A DNA stretch of 64,000 nucleotides from Tubulanus polymorphus (lineage: Eukaryota; Animalia; Nemertea), in the NCBI RefSeq assembly GCF_964204645.1, contig NC_134032.1, forward strand, positions 8,730,275 through 8,794,274. Direction: 5' to 3'. Position 1 is the first letter of the stretch. Every line of letters starts with the position of its first letter. Below the pieces are notes generated by a model. That model worked only from the letters and a program-made list of their open reading frames with translations, made no database searches and was not told where the DNA came from. Below are positions 25,300 to 37,696 of this stretch, piece by piece. Position numbers and translations under genes: made by a program.

Positions 25300-26080
25300 C
25301 AGAGCGAAGTTAAACCCACGATCACAACCGTTAACTAAATCCAACGTCAAATTGAATACACTTAGTTGGGACTGGGAATGGAGCTAAATCAAAACAATGT
25401 ATAAAATTAAGAGGGGAACTGACATAAACCCACACAACCGTGGAACTGGATTCGAGAAAACATTAAACAAGGGTGGATCTAGGATTCTTTGAAGGGCAGG
25501 ACCTGCAGATTGAAAAAGGCACATAATTTGAAAAGTGCAGATTTGGCAATGCGAGGGCTTCCAGCAAAGCATTGGTGTGGGTTTTGATGGCTCTAAACTA
25601 GGCAATAAAAGAACGAAAAGGGGCTTTTGCGGCCATTACCGGAGCGCATTTGGGCTCAGTTTTTGTCTCTTTATTCAACATTTTCTTTGCAAAAGAAGAT
25701 TTCCCAGACTTTTTGGAGGGCACATTCAAATTTTGAAGAAGTAGACCAGTCCATCCGGTCCATCCCTTAAATCCGCGCGCGTTAAACCCTCACAACTGTG
25801 ACCTGAATTCAAAAACAGATCCAACGCACAGAGTTGGGACTGGGGCCAGAGTTAAATCACTACAACAACTACACTGAAACTGAACCCGGGACCAAATCAA
25901 ATCCACACATTACCGTGGAAGTGGGGCCACTGACAAATTAAAGCCACCCAACTGCGTGAGTGGATCCAGCAGAATCGAATCAAAACCCACACGGCCGTGG
26001 ATCCGGGGTCAAATTAAACCCACGCAACCGCGGAAGCGGATTCAGAGTCAAATTAAACCCATACAATTCCCACAGAATCG
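25300..26080 (+). repeat. Degenerate ~38-40 bp satellite (ctgtggaactggatccagagtcaaattaaacccacacaa), interrupted
   Basis: Recurring gtggaactggatcc/aaattaaaccc units; same family as 35850-36360. Confidence 0.75.
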
Positions 26081-27355
26081 AACTCGTCTCGACTTGCGAA
26101 GACGTTTAAGTGTCAACCTGTCATTGGCTGGTTGTTTGTCGCTGGAGAACAAAACCCAGTTAACCCGAGTAGTCTAGATACGATTTCCCATTAGGCACGC
26201 GTATATAATAGCTAGCCGGCAGCGACATCGTGAACAATAAATAAACCAGGCAAAAAAGAAACACCGACTGTCGAAGCGAGAAGATAAATCAATATATTGA
26301 TACAACAATTTTTGATGCCGTTAGAAGCGTTTCATTAATTTTTTTATACATTTATATACAAAAATAAGGCAATCACGCCTCTTGGTAAACTCAGATTAGT
26401 CAATAGGATCCATACATATAGTACGACTTTTATTCATTCATAGAATTTGAGAAATTATTGAAAGATTTTAATTGAATCTGAGAAGAAATCCGGGAGTTGT
26501 TGTCTGAATGCACACCAGCGACACCTGGTGGATCCTCGCTTGCCACAAACGGAATCCTCAGTCATTGCCGCAGTCAACAATCGTGTTATTAAAACAAACG
26601 AAGTTTCTCATCCCTGAGCCGTAGAACCATGTCTGTGTGGTATTTTCGCCGACCATTGGCGGCGGCTCGCACGCGGGAGAATTCATCAGCCACAGCCTCA
26701 TAACTGATTTGATTTATTACGACGAACTCTCGCTCGATTTGAAGTTATGAGAAATCATTGACTATTAAACGCGTTGAACGAGTGACCACGCCCAGTAACA
26801 GAGCCACGCCGTGATACTAAGAGATATTTTGTATTGAGAATATTACGTGCCAAAATTTCAACGAACTATACGTAGATATTCCGATCACGGGTTACCCGCT
26901 ATAGAAAAGGGTAGATATCGCCATATCGAGTGTGCAATGAAAGAATATATCCGAATTTTGAAATACGGGAGTGGTTGGTGACGAATTCTATTTTCGTTTA
27001 GAGTGTGTTCATTTTCGCAAAACTTAAGAAGGACTTTACTAAATTCATCCCGATATATTTCTGGCACTTCCCAGATGAAAGTAAAACTTTCTCAGTTTTG
27101 GTGATATACATATGCAATTTTCACATTGAAATCAATACCATACAGTGAGTGAGAAAGTGATTCTTATATCTATCCGATGACTTATTTGATAACTTTCGGT
27201 TTCGGAAGCCACGAAATAAAGTTAGAATTCCCACCACGAATAACGCGCTGAATTTTCGCACCCTCTGGCGAGTGTCAGAACACCATTATTATTCTGAACT
27301 GGTTTTGAGATAAAGCAGTGAACGATTTAAGACGCTGTAATTGGGTGGTCGGCGA

Positions 27356-27427
27356 TCCTCGGTAGTATAGTGGTGAGTATCCGCGCCTGTCACGTGCGAG
27401 ACCCGGGTTCGATTCCCGGCCGGGGAG
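27356..27427 (+). tRNA. trnD-GTC: tRNA-Asp (GTC)
   Basis: 72-nt cloverleaf tcctcgg/ccgggga acceptor, cgcgc-ctGTCac-gtgcg anticodon arm, ggttcgattcc B-box, T5 terminator ~6 nt downstream. Confidence 0.97.
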
Positions 27428-27891
27428 ATATCTTTTTCCATAAAGATTTCAATTTTGTCAAAAAATTATTGCCTTTCAATAGAATATAACGTTGAATGAT
27501 TGGAAATGAAATATTTAAACTGAAATGGTAGTAAGTCTCGATGTTAAGATAAGGAACCATCTCAGTACAGTAGAACCATGGTTACTCACTTGCATGACTG
27601 ACGTCATGTATAAAGTCAGACAATCCGATTTTAATCATCAAATATCGCGGTGTAATGAAGACAAATTGCCGAGTTTCTGATTTTGTTCAATCATCCGCCA
27701 GTGACAGTTCATTATAGCCTATTAATTAGTTTATCCCGGGGATACATACGTACCACAAATTAAACCGTGCTTTGTAAGCAGAGATTTTCAGTGAAAGGAT
27801 TTGTAGTTAACAGCAATGAATGTTTTAGAATTATAGAATTGCACTGTCAACGTCTAGAACGTCAATTGTATTTGTAAATCGTAGCCGCAAC

Positions 27892-28421
27892 CTGGGATAG
27901 AGAGTACGGGACACTGCTCTGTGACAGAGGGTATTTGACACTGCTCTGTGACAGAGGGTATTGGACACTGCTCTGTAATAGAGGGTACAGGACACTGCTC
28001 TGGGATAGAGGGTATGGGACACTGCTCTGGGATAGAGGGTATGGGACACTGCTCTGTGACAGAGGGTATTGGACACTGCTCTGGGTTAGAGGGTATGGGA
28101 CACTGCTCTGGGATAGAGAGTACAGGACACTGCTCTGTGACAGAGGGTATTGGACACTGCTCTGGGATAGAGGGTACAGGACACTGCTCTGGGATAGAGG
28201 GTATGGGACACTGCTCTGGGATAGAGAGTACAGGACACTGCTCTGGGATAGAGGGTATGGGACACTGCTCTGTGACAGAGGGTATTGGACACTGCTCTTG
28301 GATAGAGGGTATGGGACACTGCTCTGTGACAGAGGGTATGGGACACTGCTCTGTGACAGAGGGTATTGGACACTGCTCTGGGATAGAGGGTATGGGACAC
28401 TGCTTTGGGATGGAGGGTACA
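27892..28421. repeat. 27-bp minisatellite (gacactgctctgggatagagggtatgg), ~19.5 copies
   Basis: Constant period 27 with a few recurring variants; intronic, ~115 bp from the donor of exon 28538. Confidence 0.97.
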
Positions 28422-28537
28422 GTAGGACAGAGATTATCACGGGGATTGGCTTTGTAGGAGATTATCATCATTTGCTACAATAATATTGAATAACATTCAA
28501 TAAATTTCATGATCAGAAAATTATTTTCATCTAATAC

Positions 28538-28768
28538 CTGGTCCTTGGTCATCGGAATTTCCTTGGATACTTTCGTTTCGACGTCGACAACGACGTCGCT
28601 ACTAGTTGCTGGAGCCGCCGCTGGCGGCGTCGGAGTGGGCGGTTTAGCTTCATCCTCTGTCACCAGGTTGGTTTTGTCGCCACTGCTGTCTGCATCCGGT
28701 GTCGTTGCCGCCGGTTCGCTGGAAGACTCTGGAACGCTGGTTGGTCCATTCGAAACCGTGTCGGACAT
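28538..28768 (-). CDS. First coding exon MSDTVSNGPTSVPESSSEPAATT...KEIPMTKDQ (disordered, P/S/T/acidic)
   Basis: ATG with upstream in-frame stop, upstream acceptor tttcctctag (~28843), CAG|gtatta donor, 231 nt phase 0. Confidence 0.75.
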
Positions 28769-29426
28769 CAGGCGTAACGGACGTTCCGTCGATGGCGCAA
28801 CATCAATGCGTTACGATGCGGTAACTGACCACTATGACGTCACTAGAGGAAAATATAAACGAAAAACGTGTAAATAAGAAATGTGAAAAAAATTTCCGTT
28901 TTAGATTTGAAAAAAAACTTTAAAAAAGTTGCGCCAAGTCTGGATATATTTTGTTAATATGTCTGTTTTCTGCCTCCTCGGATAGAAGTAGAATCCTCTA
29001 TTGCCGCACAGTAGTCAATGTCCTCCGCTTGACATGAAGCTATCTCCGCTTAGACTCTCACGTTTAATTCCCGGCTCGAAAGGAAATCTTGAAAACTGTG
29101 CGACCAAAAGTGACAGGTTAATAACCCTGTCCCCTCCATACCTCGACATAATATGTGAAATAATTGCAATTCTATCAGTTAAATCTAGCTGTACACATAT
29201 TATTGGAATAGGTTCGACCACACCTTTAGCCTCGAGGGACGCGTTCGAAAATCGACTGCGAACCCGGCGAATTTATTATTAGCATTGAATTTATCGACCC
29301 AAGATTATTAAACACGCCGTATGCCCGCTTCTATACACCTTGTAGCGTACGTATCTTCCTTTGATGGCTTCTTCGAAGTCGTTTGACATAAAACAGAGAT
29401 AAAATACAGATGAAGAGCCACCAGCT

Positions 29427-29688
29427 CATGGGCGTCCCCATGATTTTTTGGGGGAGTTCGTTTTTAGGAATAGAGGTGGTCCGGGCCCCTCTCCAGAAAA
29501 TTTTTGAAAATTTCGTGCAAGCCCGCGCGTTCTGGTGCAATCTGAGGCCGATAGATAGACTGGTTCCCGTTTACTTAGCATGTATCGATTTTATTTTGCT
29601 AATTAAGCAAATGCAGACCACGTGTCGACGTTTGAAAATTCAAAAAGGGGGTTCGTTCGAACTACCGAACCCCCATAGGGACGCCCTG
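29427..29688. mobile_element. MITE with CA...TG ends and 5-bp TSD; partial inverted copy ~32205-32312
   Basis: TIR catgggcgtccc / gggacgccctg, CAGCT on both sides; 32205-32312 matches the reverse complement of its 5' ~100 bp. Confidence 0.75.
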
Positions 29689-30589
29689 CAGCTTTCCCGA
29701 AAGATGGATGTCGCGTGTATAACAGTGTAGGCCAAACATTCGTTTAGATTTTAGTTCATTTTCTATTAAGTTCCATCTAGATTTATTGAAGCCTCCGATC
29801 CCATCTATGCAAAAATCGATCAAAAAAAGTTCACGATAAAAAATGTGACAAATAACTTCTGTAGATATAAACATAAACTCAGATGGATCACTAGGTTTGG
29901 GTGTTACATATTCAGCGCGATTTATGTTTTAGAAAAATGATCGCCATCTCAAAGCTCGCTGGATGTAAATGGATTTCTCTATTGCCACCGCAGAATTCGG
30001 TACCCTACTGCACGTACACTGGCACACCTGGCGGATCCTCACTTGTCACGAGTGTAATCCTTAATTGCCACAGTAGGCCTTGTTGAGATAAGATAACTTT
30101 TCTCTCACGGGGACCAAGTGGAATCATCTATTGTGCTACAATAGTTGATGTCTTACTGTATAGGCCCACGCTTAAACGCATGTTGGACTCTTATTCGCGA
30201 CAGGTGCATTGAACTGCGTTATTCCATTTACAAACGAAGGAAAAAGATTTTCAAAATCACCGGAACAGAAACCCCATTGATTTCTCAAAGTGCTCAAATT
30301 AAATCCAAATACGGTCATAAAACTCGATGAAGCAAAAACATCCATTATTAGACGTAGCTCAACATTAAAACGTTGTTGCCGGGCAACGCGACCAGTTGAA
30401 TTTAATGAATAATAGTAAAAAGTTGACACGTGCTCCCGAGACAAACCGCTCGATGCAAAACTCGTTTCAAATGATAATAATTGTTCGTAGCCAACGCCCA
30501 AAATAACCGATATCGCCAAACACAGAGACGCAACACAGACCTGACTCTTAACTACTAGAAGAGTGGTTTCATTGATCCTGGTAGACACG

Positions 30590-30815
30590 AGGGAGTGATG
30601 GGGACAGGAAGAGGGAAATAGAGAGTGAGGCAAAGGCAGAGAGGTGAGAAGGGAGAGATTGGGTGAATAAAAGATACGGGGGTAGAGACGAAGAGAGGAG
30701 GAGAGAAGAATTGGAACGGAAGGGCGCGAGGGGAAGAGAGAGCGAAAGGGAGGATGTAGAGAGTAATAACGGAATAGAGTAGAGAGAGAGAGAGGGAGGG
30801 AGTGGGGGAGGGAGA
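30590..30815. repeat. GA-rich low-complexity tract
   Basis: Polypurine run incl. (GA)n; CT-rich equivalents at ~32770-33040 and ~49700-49940. Confidence 0.85.
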
Positions 30816-31756
30816 CTGTGTAGAGATTCTAAGTCGTCAAAACAAAACTTGAGACTAAAATTTGATTGTAATCAATGAAATCGATTTAATGGCGTGATTG
30901 AATTGAAAATGCACGCGTCGCCATTAGCAACGGAATTTCAATATTGCTAGTAAGTACATGAATATACGTTTGTACGTGTGTATATATCTAATTTCAAATC
31001 GAAATGGTTTCTTCGATGCATCCTCCTATGACGTCACGGGGCAAATTTGTTTCTATGTGTTTCTACGGAGGATCTTCCAGAATAAGAACGCTAGCAATTA
31101 GTGACGTCATAGGGTGAATACGGTTGCTGAATTAATACAAGGTGTTATAACACAGAGACGCCATACTGGGGATCTACGGCAGGGGGCATGTCAAGAAAGA
31201 ACCTTCCTTAAAACCCTGGGATGCCCAAACATAATCCTGGCAGTAGGGCATACCCCATATTTATTTTTTTCAGTTCATTTGGGTCCCTTATGACAAATCA
31301 ATATCAGTTTTGGATATATTTTCACATTAACATGTTTTTGGAAGGGGCCACATGTTGACTCATCGCGCCATTGGGTGATTTACTTCGGGGCTGGGCTATA
31401 TCTTCTAAAGCGAGAGGGCAACCTCCTTAGAGATATAATAACTATTATTATTGACGTCATAGGGTGATGAACGGCGAGAACCATATTCATTTACGATACG
31501 TGGCAACAATTATCCTCAGCTCGTCTACGGCGTTTATATTGGCGGGGCCACTTCAAACTGAAAACACCAGCGATACGCATATGACATGAAACGAGGCTAA
31601 TTGAGCAATTAAATTTTGCTTTGATTTCACTTCGCAAAACCTCCGTACTGATCTGTATGCAGTGAAAGTATCCGTTCAACACTCCTTTCTGGAATTTTAC
31701 TTCTATTTCTTGAAAAAAACTAATTTAGTGTATGATTTTGATAATCTTAACCTCTG

Positions 31757-31865
31757 GGCCCGGTTTTATAGACTGGTATCAACTTTAACCCGGGGGTTAA
31801 CTCAATTGAAAATAAATTAAGTTAGCCCCTGAGTTAAAGATAATACCAGTCTATAAAACCGGGCC
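31757..31865. mobile_element. Well-preserved 109-bp Harbinger-like MITE
   Basis: Perfect 23-bp TIR ggcccggttttatagactggtat / ataccagtctataaaaccgggcc, further internal pairing, 3-bp CTG duplication. Confidence 0.85.
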
Positions 31866-33429
31866 CTGGAGTTTGTTTCATCAAGTTTTAGGGTATGAAA
31901 TTTTATTAAAAGTATTAGAAATTATGTGGGTTTTTTGTGCATAATAAATTTTCAAAAAACAGCCATAAAGAGTTGCTATTTTTGTTTGGTTTGATATAAT
32001 AATTCTCGAAATCGGTGTGAAATAAATTTGAGTAATTCACTCCAAATTCCAGAATGTGGAATGACAGTGTTCATACCTATTTCAAGTTCAGATGATATAG
32101 CAGGGAAAATGCCATCATCCCCATGGTCCTTAAAAAGACCTGAGGAACGAAGTCGCAGGAAAATAGCAGTGGAAGTATTGTTCATATTTCAAGGTTAAAA
32201 TGCAGGAACGCCCTCCTTGCACGAAATGTTCTAACATTTTCTAGGGGAGGACCCCCTGACCCCTTCTATTCCTAAAAAAGAACTCCCCAAAGAAATCCTG
32301 GGGACGCCCATGCTTTCATTAATGAAAGTTTATGTTGAAAGCAAATCCGTAGTCACCTCCGCTCTGTCGATGTTGTGGCTCCCAATTGCTTTGAAAATGT
32401 ACACGTGAAATTTGTGCCCAGAGTGCAAAGAGAAAATGTTTCAATAGAATCTAATAACTGCTTTTACTTTTAACATATTCATATCGGGAAGGGTTATTGA
32501 AAATGTTTACGGCGTCGCTCTATGGATGCATCAGGGTCTACCTTGTTAGGATCATCCTTTTCCCGTCATCACCGGGTACTTCTACAAAATGGAATGATCT
32601 AATATTTCAGCGAGGCGCGCGCATGTTGTTTGACTGCTGTTTTGATTAGTGGTTTCACTTCCGTTTAAATATTTATGAGACAAAAATGAGGCATTAGAAA
32701 TTATTGGTTTATGACATAATGATCTGGAATAGGCGAAGCGATACCATAGGCGCCTAGTAATGTCAACCTTCTTTCCATCTCCCCATCCCTATCCCCCTCT
32801 ATATTTCCTTTCTCTCTCTACCTCCACTCCCGTGTGTTTTCCTCCTTCCTCTTCTCCACGAACTCCACTCTCTCGCACTCTCTTCCCACTCTCTTCTCGC
32901 ATCGTTTCTGGCATTTCCCGCCTTTTCTCTTCCTGACTTGCTTCTCTTCCCGCCTCCTCCATCCCCCCTTTCTCTCTCTCCCAATCTATCTGCCTTTTCC
33001 CGTTCACTTCCCTTCTCTATCCCCCTGTTACTCTCATCCGCCATATATATCAATATATTTCCCACTGTCTCCTCGCGGCTAAGACGGCAGTCGGATATCG
33101 CGCACATATTGCTTGTATCTCGGTTAATCAGTCAAAATCGGTTTAAAACGGACGATAATTACCTGCGGTATCGATCGAGTCTCGCCGCAGACGATACTCT
33201 TCGTACTGTGGGCAGACGACAGGCAGTCTAAAGCGGATATCGTACCATGAGTTACTGTCATATGCACTAGTAAAACATACTATGTAGACATATATACCGC
33301 GCGAGCGAAATTACCGGTAGCCGCCCTGCGCAAATCCTTGAAACCAAACCCAAGATCAAGTTTCAAGAAAGCCTTTCTCAAATCGCACAAGTTTCAATTG
33401 AAATTGTGACGTTGTCAATAGCAACTGGA

Positions 33430-33845
33430 TCTCTTCGAGTGGTTATCTGACGATCAGAGCTGCTATGAATGCTAAGTTTTCATCAATGAGCGTCATTACT
33501 TAACGATCATAACTTTACTGAGAAAGGAAGGTAGTCATCGTAGAGTCGTTGAAGTCGTCGACAAAGAGCAGGTCGTCATTAGCAACTCATCATCATAATT
33601 TTAGTGAATCTTCGTATAGTCGTATAGTATTTAATCATAATTTTGATGAATCTTTGATGTCTTCGAGAATAAGAAGGTCGTCATTTGTAACAAATCATAA
33701 TTTCAATCAATCTTTGAAGTCATCGAGAATGATAGGCCCTCATTAATTATTAGTTATGATTTTGATAAATTTCATAAAAGTCATTGAGTATGAAAAAGCT
33801 CGTCATTAGTAACTAATCATACTTTTACTGAATCGTTGAAGACTC
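33430..33845. repeat. Degenerate ~45-60 bp tandem repeat (ggtcgtcattagtaactaatcataattttgatgaatctttgaagtc)
   Basis: About 6-7 recognisable units. Confidence 0.75.
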
Positions 33846-34496
33846 TGTGTAGTTTTGGTGGCGCTGTTATATTGGATTATATTTCAGCTACTCATGAAAT
33901 CAGCATATCGTGTTACAGTATTGTGACGCTTGTTAATTTGACGAAAAGTCGATATTGCGAGAGTTACCGTTATAAGTAATACAAACCCGCGCTCTGCGTG
34001 TGCAATTGGATGAAAACTACTCTTCACGGGAGTTAGCAACTGCTTCCGGTAGGGAAAAGGCCAACCAGAGGTTCTATAGATTATATAGAGTCCGCAAAAT
34101 GATTGATGATGGATGACGAATATCCAACAGCGGATATTGGTTGACGGACGGATGTCGAAACTAACTCGCCGAGGCACTTAACCGGGGACACAGGTCGTTC
34201 TAGTCACTCACCGCCCTCACATCCTCCCCGGCAGGGATTCGAACCTGAGGACATTGATGCTAGACACAACAACAAGACCGGGTGCGCAGTACATGCGCAG
34301 GTTTGCCGTGTCTATCAATCAGATTGCCCGCTGAGGCAAATTTCACAGAAAACTATAGACGTGTATATGAATGGAAAAACCAGGCCACTATAAAACGGGA
34401 TTTCTGATTTGCCAATAATGACATCAGTCAGAAATCAAGAGAAAATGAAATTTTGTTATAATGATTTCGTGAATGGTTTCATTTTCAATTTAATCA

Positions 34497-34700
34497 TTGA
34501 AACAATTGTTGGAATTTTATGATAATTGCAAAATTAGATACGCTGAAATAAAAGGAAATATAGGCCTAAATTATCTATCAGATAGATTGAATAATAACAA
34601 ATCTTGTGAAATATGCAAAAAGAAATATAGATATGAAAAGAGCTTAAAAAATCATAGATATATTCACAAACTAAATGATGAATTATATGATACAAATTAA
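34497..34700 (+). other. AT-rich ORF fragment with one C2H2 zinc finger (CEICKKKYRYEKSLKNHRYIH), probably TE/virus-derived
   Basis: C-x2-C-x12-H-x3-H spacing; no ATG start or clear splice sites; much more AT-rich than host exons. Confidence 0.45.
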
Positions 34701-35317
34701 GAAATATATTTCTGTATAATAATACCCCCCAGTGTCATATTCAAGAACTCATACAAATATGAATATCGTATGTTTTGAATATAAATCATATATCAAATTT
34801 CATGAATATGATATTCATAAATATGAAATTATTACAGTAAGGGGAATGTCTTGTTTGATACCAAAGGTTGATGGGTTGAGTGAGTATTTTTATTTTATGA
34901 GGTCGACCCTTCGACCTTTGGTATCAAACAAGACCCCTTACTCACGTCTTAGACTTAGGACCAAGAAAACCGGTATGCGGTAATAATGCCATAGGTGAAA
35001 ATATTTAATTCTATCTCTGGTTCATTACATGGATTCCTAAAGATCATCTAATTATGGTCAATCTAACCTGTCGTTTTATAGTCCTATGCTGCCGATTGAG
35101 ATCTAATCTAACTATTTTTCATTTTCAGACTAAGGTTTCATATTTTTTCGTTCCAACTATGTAACCGTGTACTATGAATGAATTGGATCCAGGTATAGAC
35201 TACACGGAATGGACTGATTTCAACTAAAACTTTAAGAATTCGGATTCAGAACTCGCTACGCTATAGGCCTTGGATCAAGATTGATAAAACACTATATCCC
35301 TGTTGTAGCGATATAGG

Positions 35318-35476
35318 GAGAATCCCACAATACTGACGTTACGACTATAACCTTATAGTCATCTTCAGGAATAAACTAATATTCCTGAAGATGAATAGAA
35401 ATATTCCTGAAGATGACATTTAGGTTGTAGTCGATACGTTGAATAAACTATAGCTTCAGATTATTGCGGGATTCTA
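35318..35476. mobile_element. Inverted pair of Penelope-type pseudo-LTR ends with degenerate hammerhead cores
   Basis: Minus: CTGAAGA-t-gactata..tatagtc-GTAA-CGTC; plus: CTGAAGA-t-gac..gtc-GATA-CGTT then aataaa; outer arms agaatcccacaata / tattgcgggattct. Confidence 0.6.
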
Positions 35477-35849
35477 CTATACTGGCTACTGTCGTAACTC
35501 GAATTCAAATTTCGTAATTATTACAGAAGAGGCCGTGACTTTTCATTCAAACGCACAATACGCACACATCATAGTAGAATCGCATATTATGAGTAACTGG
35601 TTGAGCGTCAGCTGTATCGATTATTACGCTATTAATAATTAACAGTTTGTAATTATCGACAGTAAAGAGATCGTACGATGGGTACGCTTCATTACAGCGT
35701 TACGACAGGTATCCACCTAGATGCATTAATTGGGTCAGGTGTGCACCGGACTGAGGTCAATAGTGCGTCATTATCAACTACATAATTATGGCTAGAATTC
35801 GAGCAGTTGATGGTCGTGGAGGTAATTTTGATAATAGTGCTTGAAACGC

Positions 35850-36360
35850 TCACGGATCCAGGGTTGAATCTAACCCTCAACTTCGAAATTGGGACCCGAC
35901 ATAATATCGTGGAACTGGATCCAGAGTCTTATTAAACACAGACAACTGTGCAACTGGATCTGGTTGCGGTCAAATCAAACCCTCGCAACTGTGGAACTGG
36001 ATCCGAGTCAAATCAAACCCTCGCAACTGTGGAAGTGGATCCAGAGTCGAATTAACCCGCACGAATGTGGAACTGATTCCAGGTTCAAATTCAACACACA
36101 CACAACACTGTGGAAATGGATCTAGAGTCAAGTCAAACCCTCATTAAGTTGTGAATCTGGATCCAGAATAAAATTCAAGCAACACAACCGTGGAACTGAA
36201 TCCAGCGTCAATTAGAACCTTCAAAAGTGTTGAACTGGAACCAGACTCAAATGTAACCATCACTGCTGTAAGAAATAAGACCTGACTCAGAGCCAGAGTC
36301 AGATTGAAACCCCCATTACTGTGGAACTGGAACCAGAGTCAAATTAAACCCGCGCATCTG
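35850..36360 (+). repeat. ~38-40 bp satellite, ~12 units (caactgtggaactggatccagagtcaaatcaaaccctcg)
   Basis: Clear periodic gtggaactggatcc. Confidence 0.88.
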
Positions 36361-37696
36361 TGTAGATCATGGTCCAGTAAAGATCAAGCGATTTCGAAGA
36401 TTGAACCAATAAATTGACTGGACAAATGATTGTGGCAATTTCTTATCGTGACGTCACTATCCTATCTTAATGTGACCACTGAACACAATCCCTACAGAAC
36501 TGAACACAAAAACAACCGGAAACAATTTGAGAGTTTCCCAGAAAATGATAATTCGATCTAAGAATAAACCGTTTGCATTTGTTAGCTATATGAATTGAAC
36601 TATGCCTCAGGAACCACATTTTAGATACTAACCCCAGTTCAAATCTAACCGTCAAATACGGATTCTTTGTCGCGAAAAACCGGGGCTTTTGTAAAGAAAG
36701 GCAATGCGCCGTTCTGAAAGGTCGAATGGACTTTAACGATGCCGTTGTACTCACGTGAGTTCGGGGTCGCGCTATCACGAGCGAGTGATATCTACGTATG
36801 TCCCTCTCGTCGAAAAGTTGAATAACATCCAAACTTCGCGACAACGATAGCGCCGAAGCTTCGACGGTGTTTGTTAGAATCCGAGGCGTAAATTTCGCAA
36901 AATAAAGGCCCGCATGCGCGCTTCGTGTTGGCGGTGACAGTACTGTCCTGATGCTGATGGTAAATGGAACTGATGCAACTGCATCACTCACGAGCTATAT
37001 CAGTCAGTGTGAGTGTGTGTGTGTGCGTGTACGAGTACACGCCCATGTTTTGATTTTATATCGTCGAGAACCCGTTGAATGCGTTACTGTTGTTGAGTTG
37101 ATGACGCCATCGGCGAAAATCACGTCATCGTCAATAGGTTTGAATTTCAAATTTCAACCGTCATTTTAAACCTTTGTTCGCCGTCACCGATTTCGAACTT
37201 CGTATCGCCCTCGCCCGAGTATATTTCATATTTTAACCGTCGTTTCAACTCTAGTATCGCTTATCAAACAACTTACAACGTTGCGTATTAGCCTTTTATA
37301 TAAGCCTAAATATTTTCCAGCTTTTGTGGTGGGGTGTGCGGCGTAGGCCGAAGCCCAACGCAACGCACACGACGTAGGGAAACACGGCAACATGCTACGC
37401 GTCAGAAACATGTTTCCGACGCGTTTCCCGGTGACCTATGCGTTTGCGAGAAACGATGGCTTTGGGGAACAAATGGTTCGATGTCAATAATGTTTTATTC
37501 CTTGTTTAATGCGTTTCCCTGTTACTCAATGTCACCTGCCTCGATATTTCACAAGTAATGTCCTAAACTTTTCATTTTAACCGTTATTTTAACCCACTCT
37601 ACCACGCCGTTGCCAAACCGTTTAACAAACCTTCGTATCGAGGCTACTTAAATTTCAAATTGTAATCGCTACTGCTTTCTAACACGCCTTTATTAC

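Noticed and set aside
27831-28483. Six long repetitive ORFs (EQCPIPSIP, TLLWDRGYG etc.) and CRISPR-like periodicity
   Set aside because: By-product of a 27-bp minisatellite; no unique spacers or cas genes, and open on both strands
32789-33231. E/R/G-rich and S/L/P/F-rich ORFs
   Set aside because: CT/GA low-complexity tract
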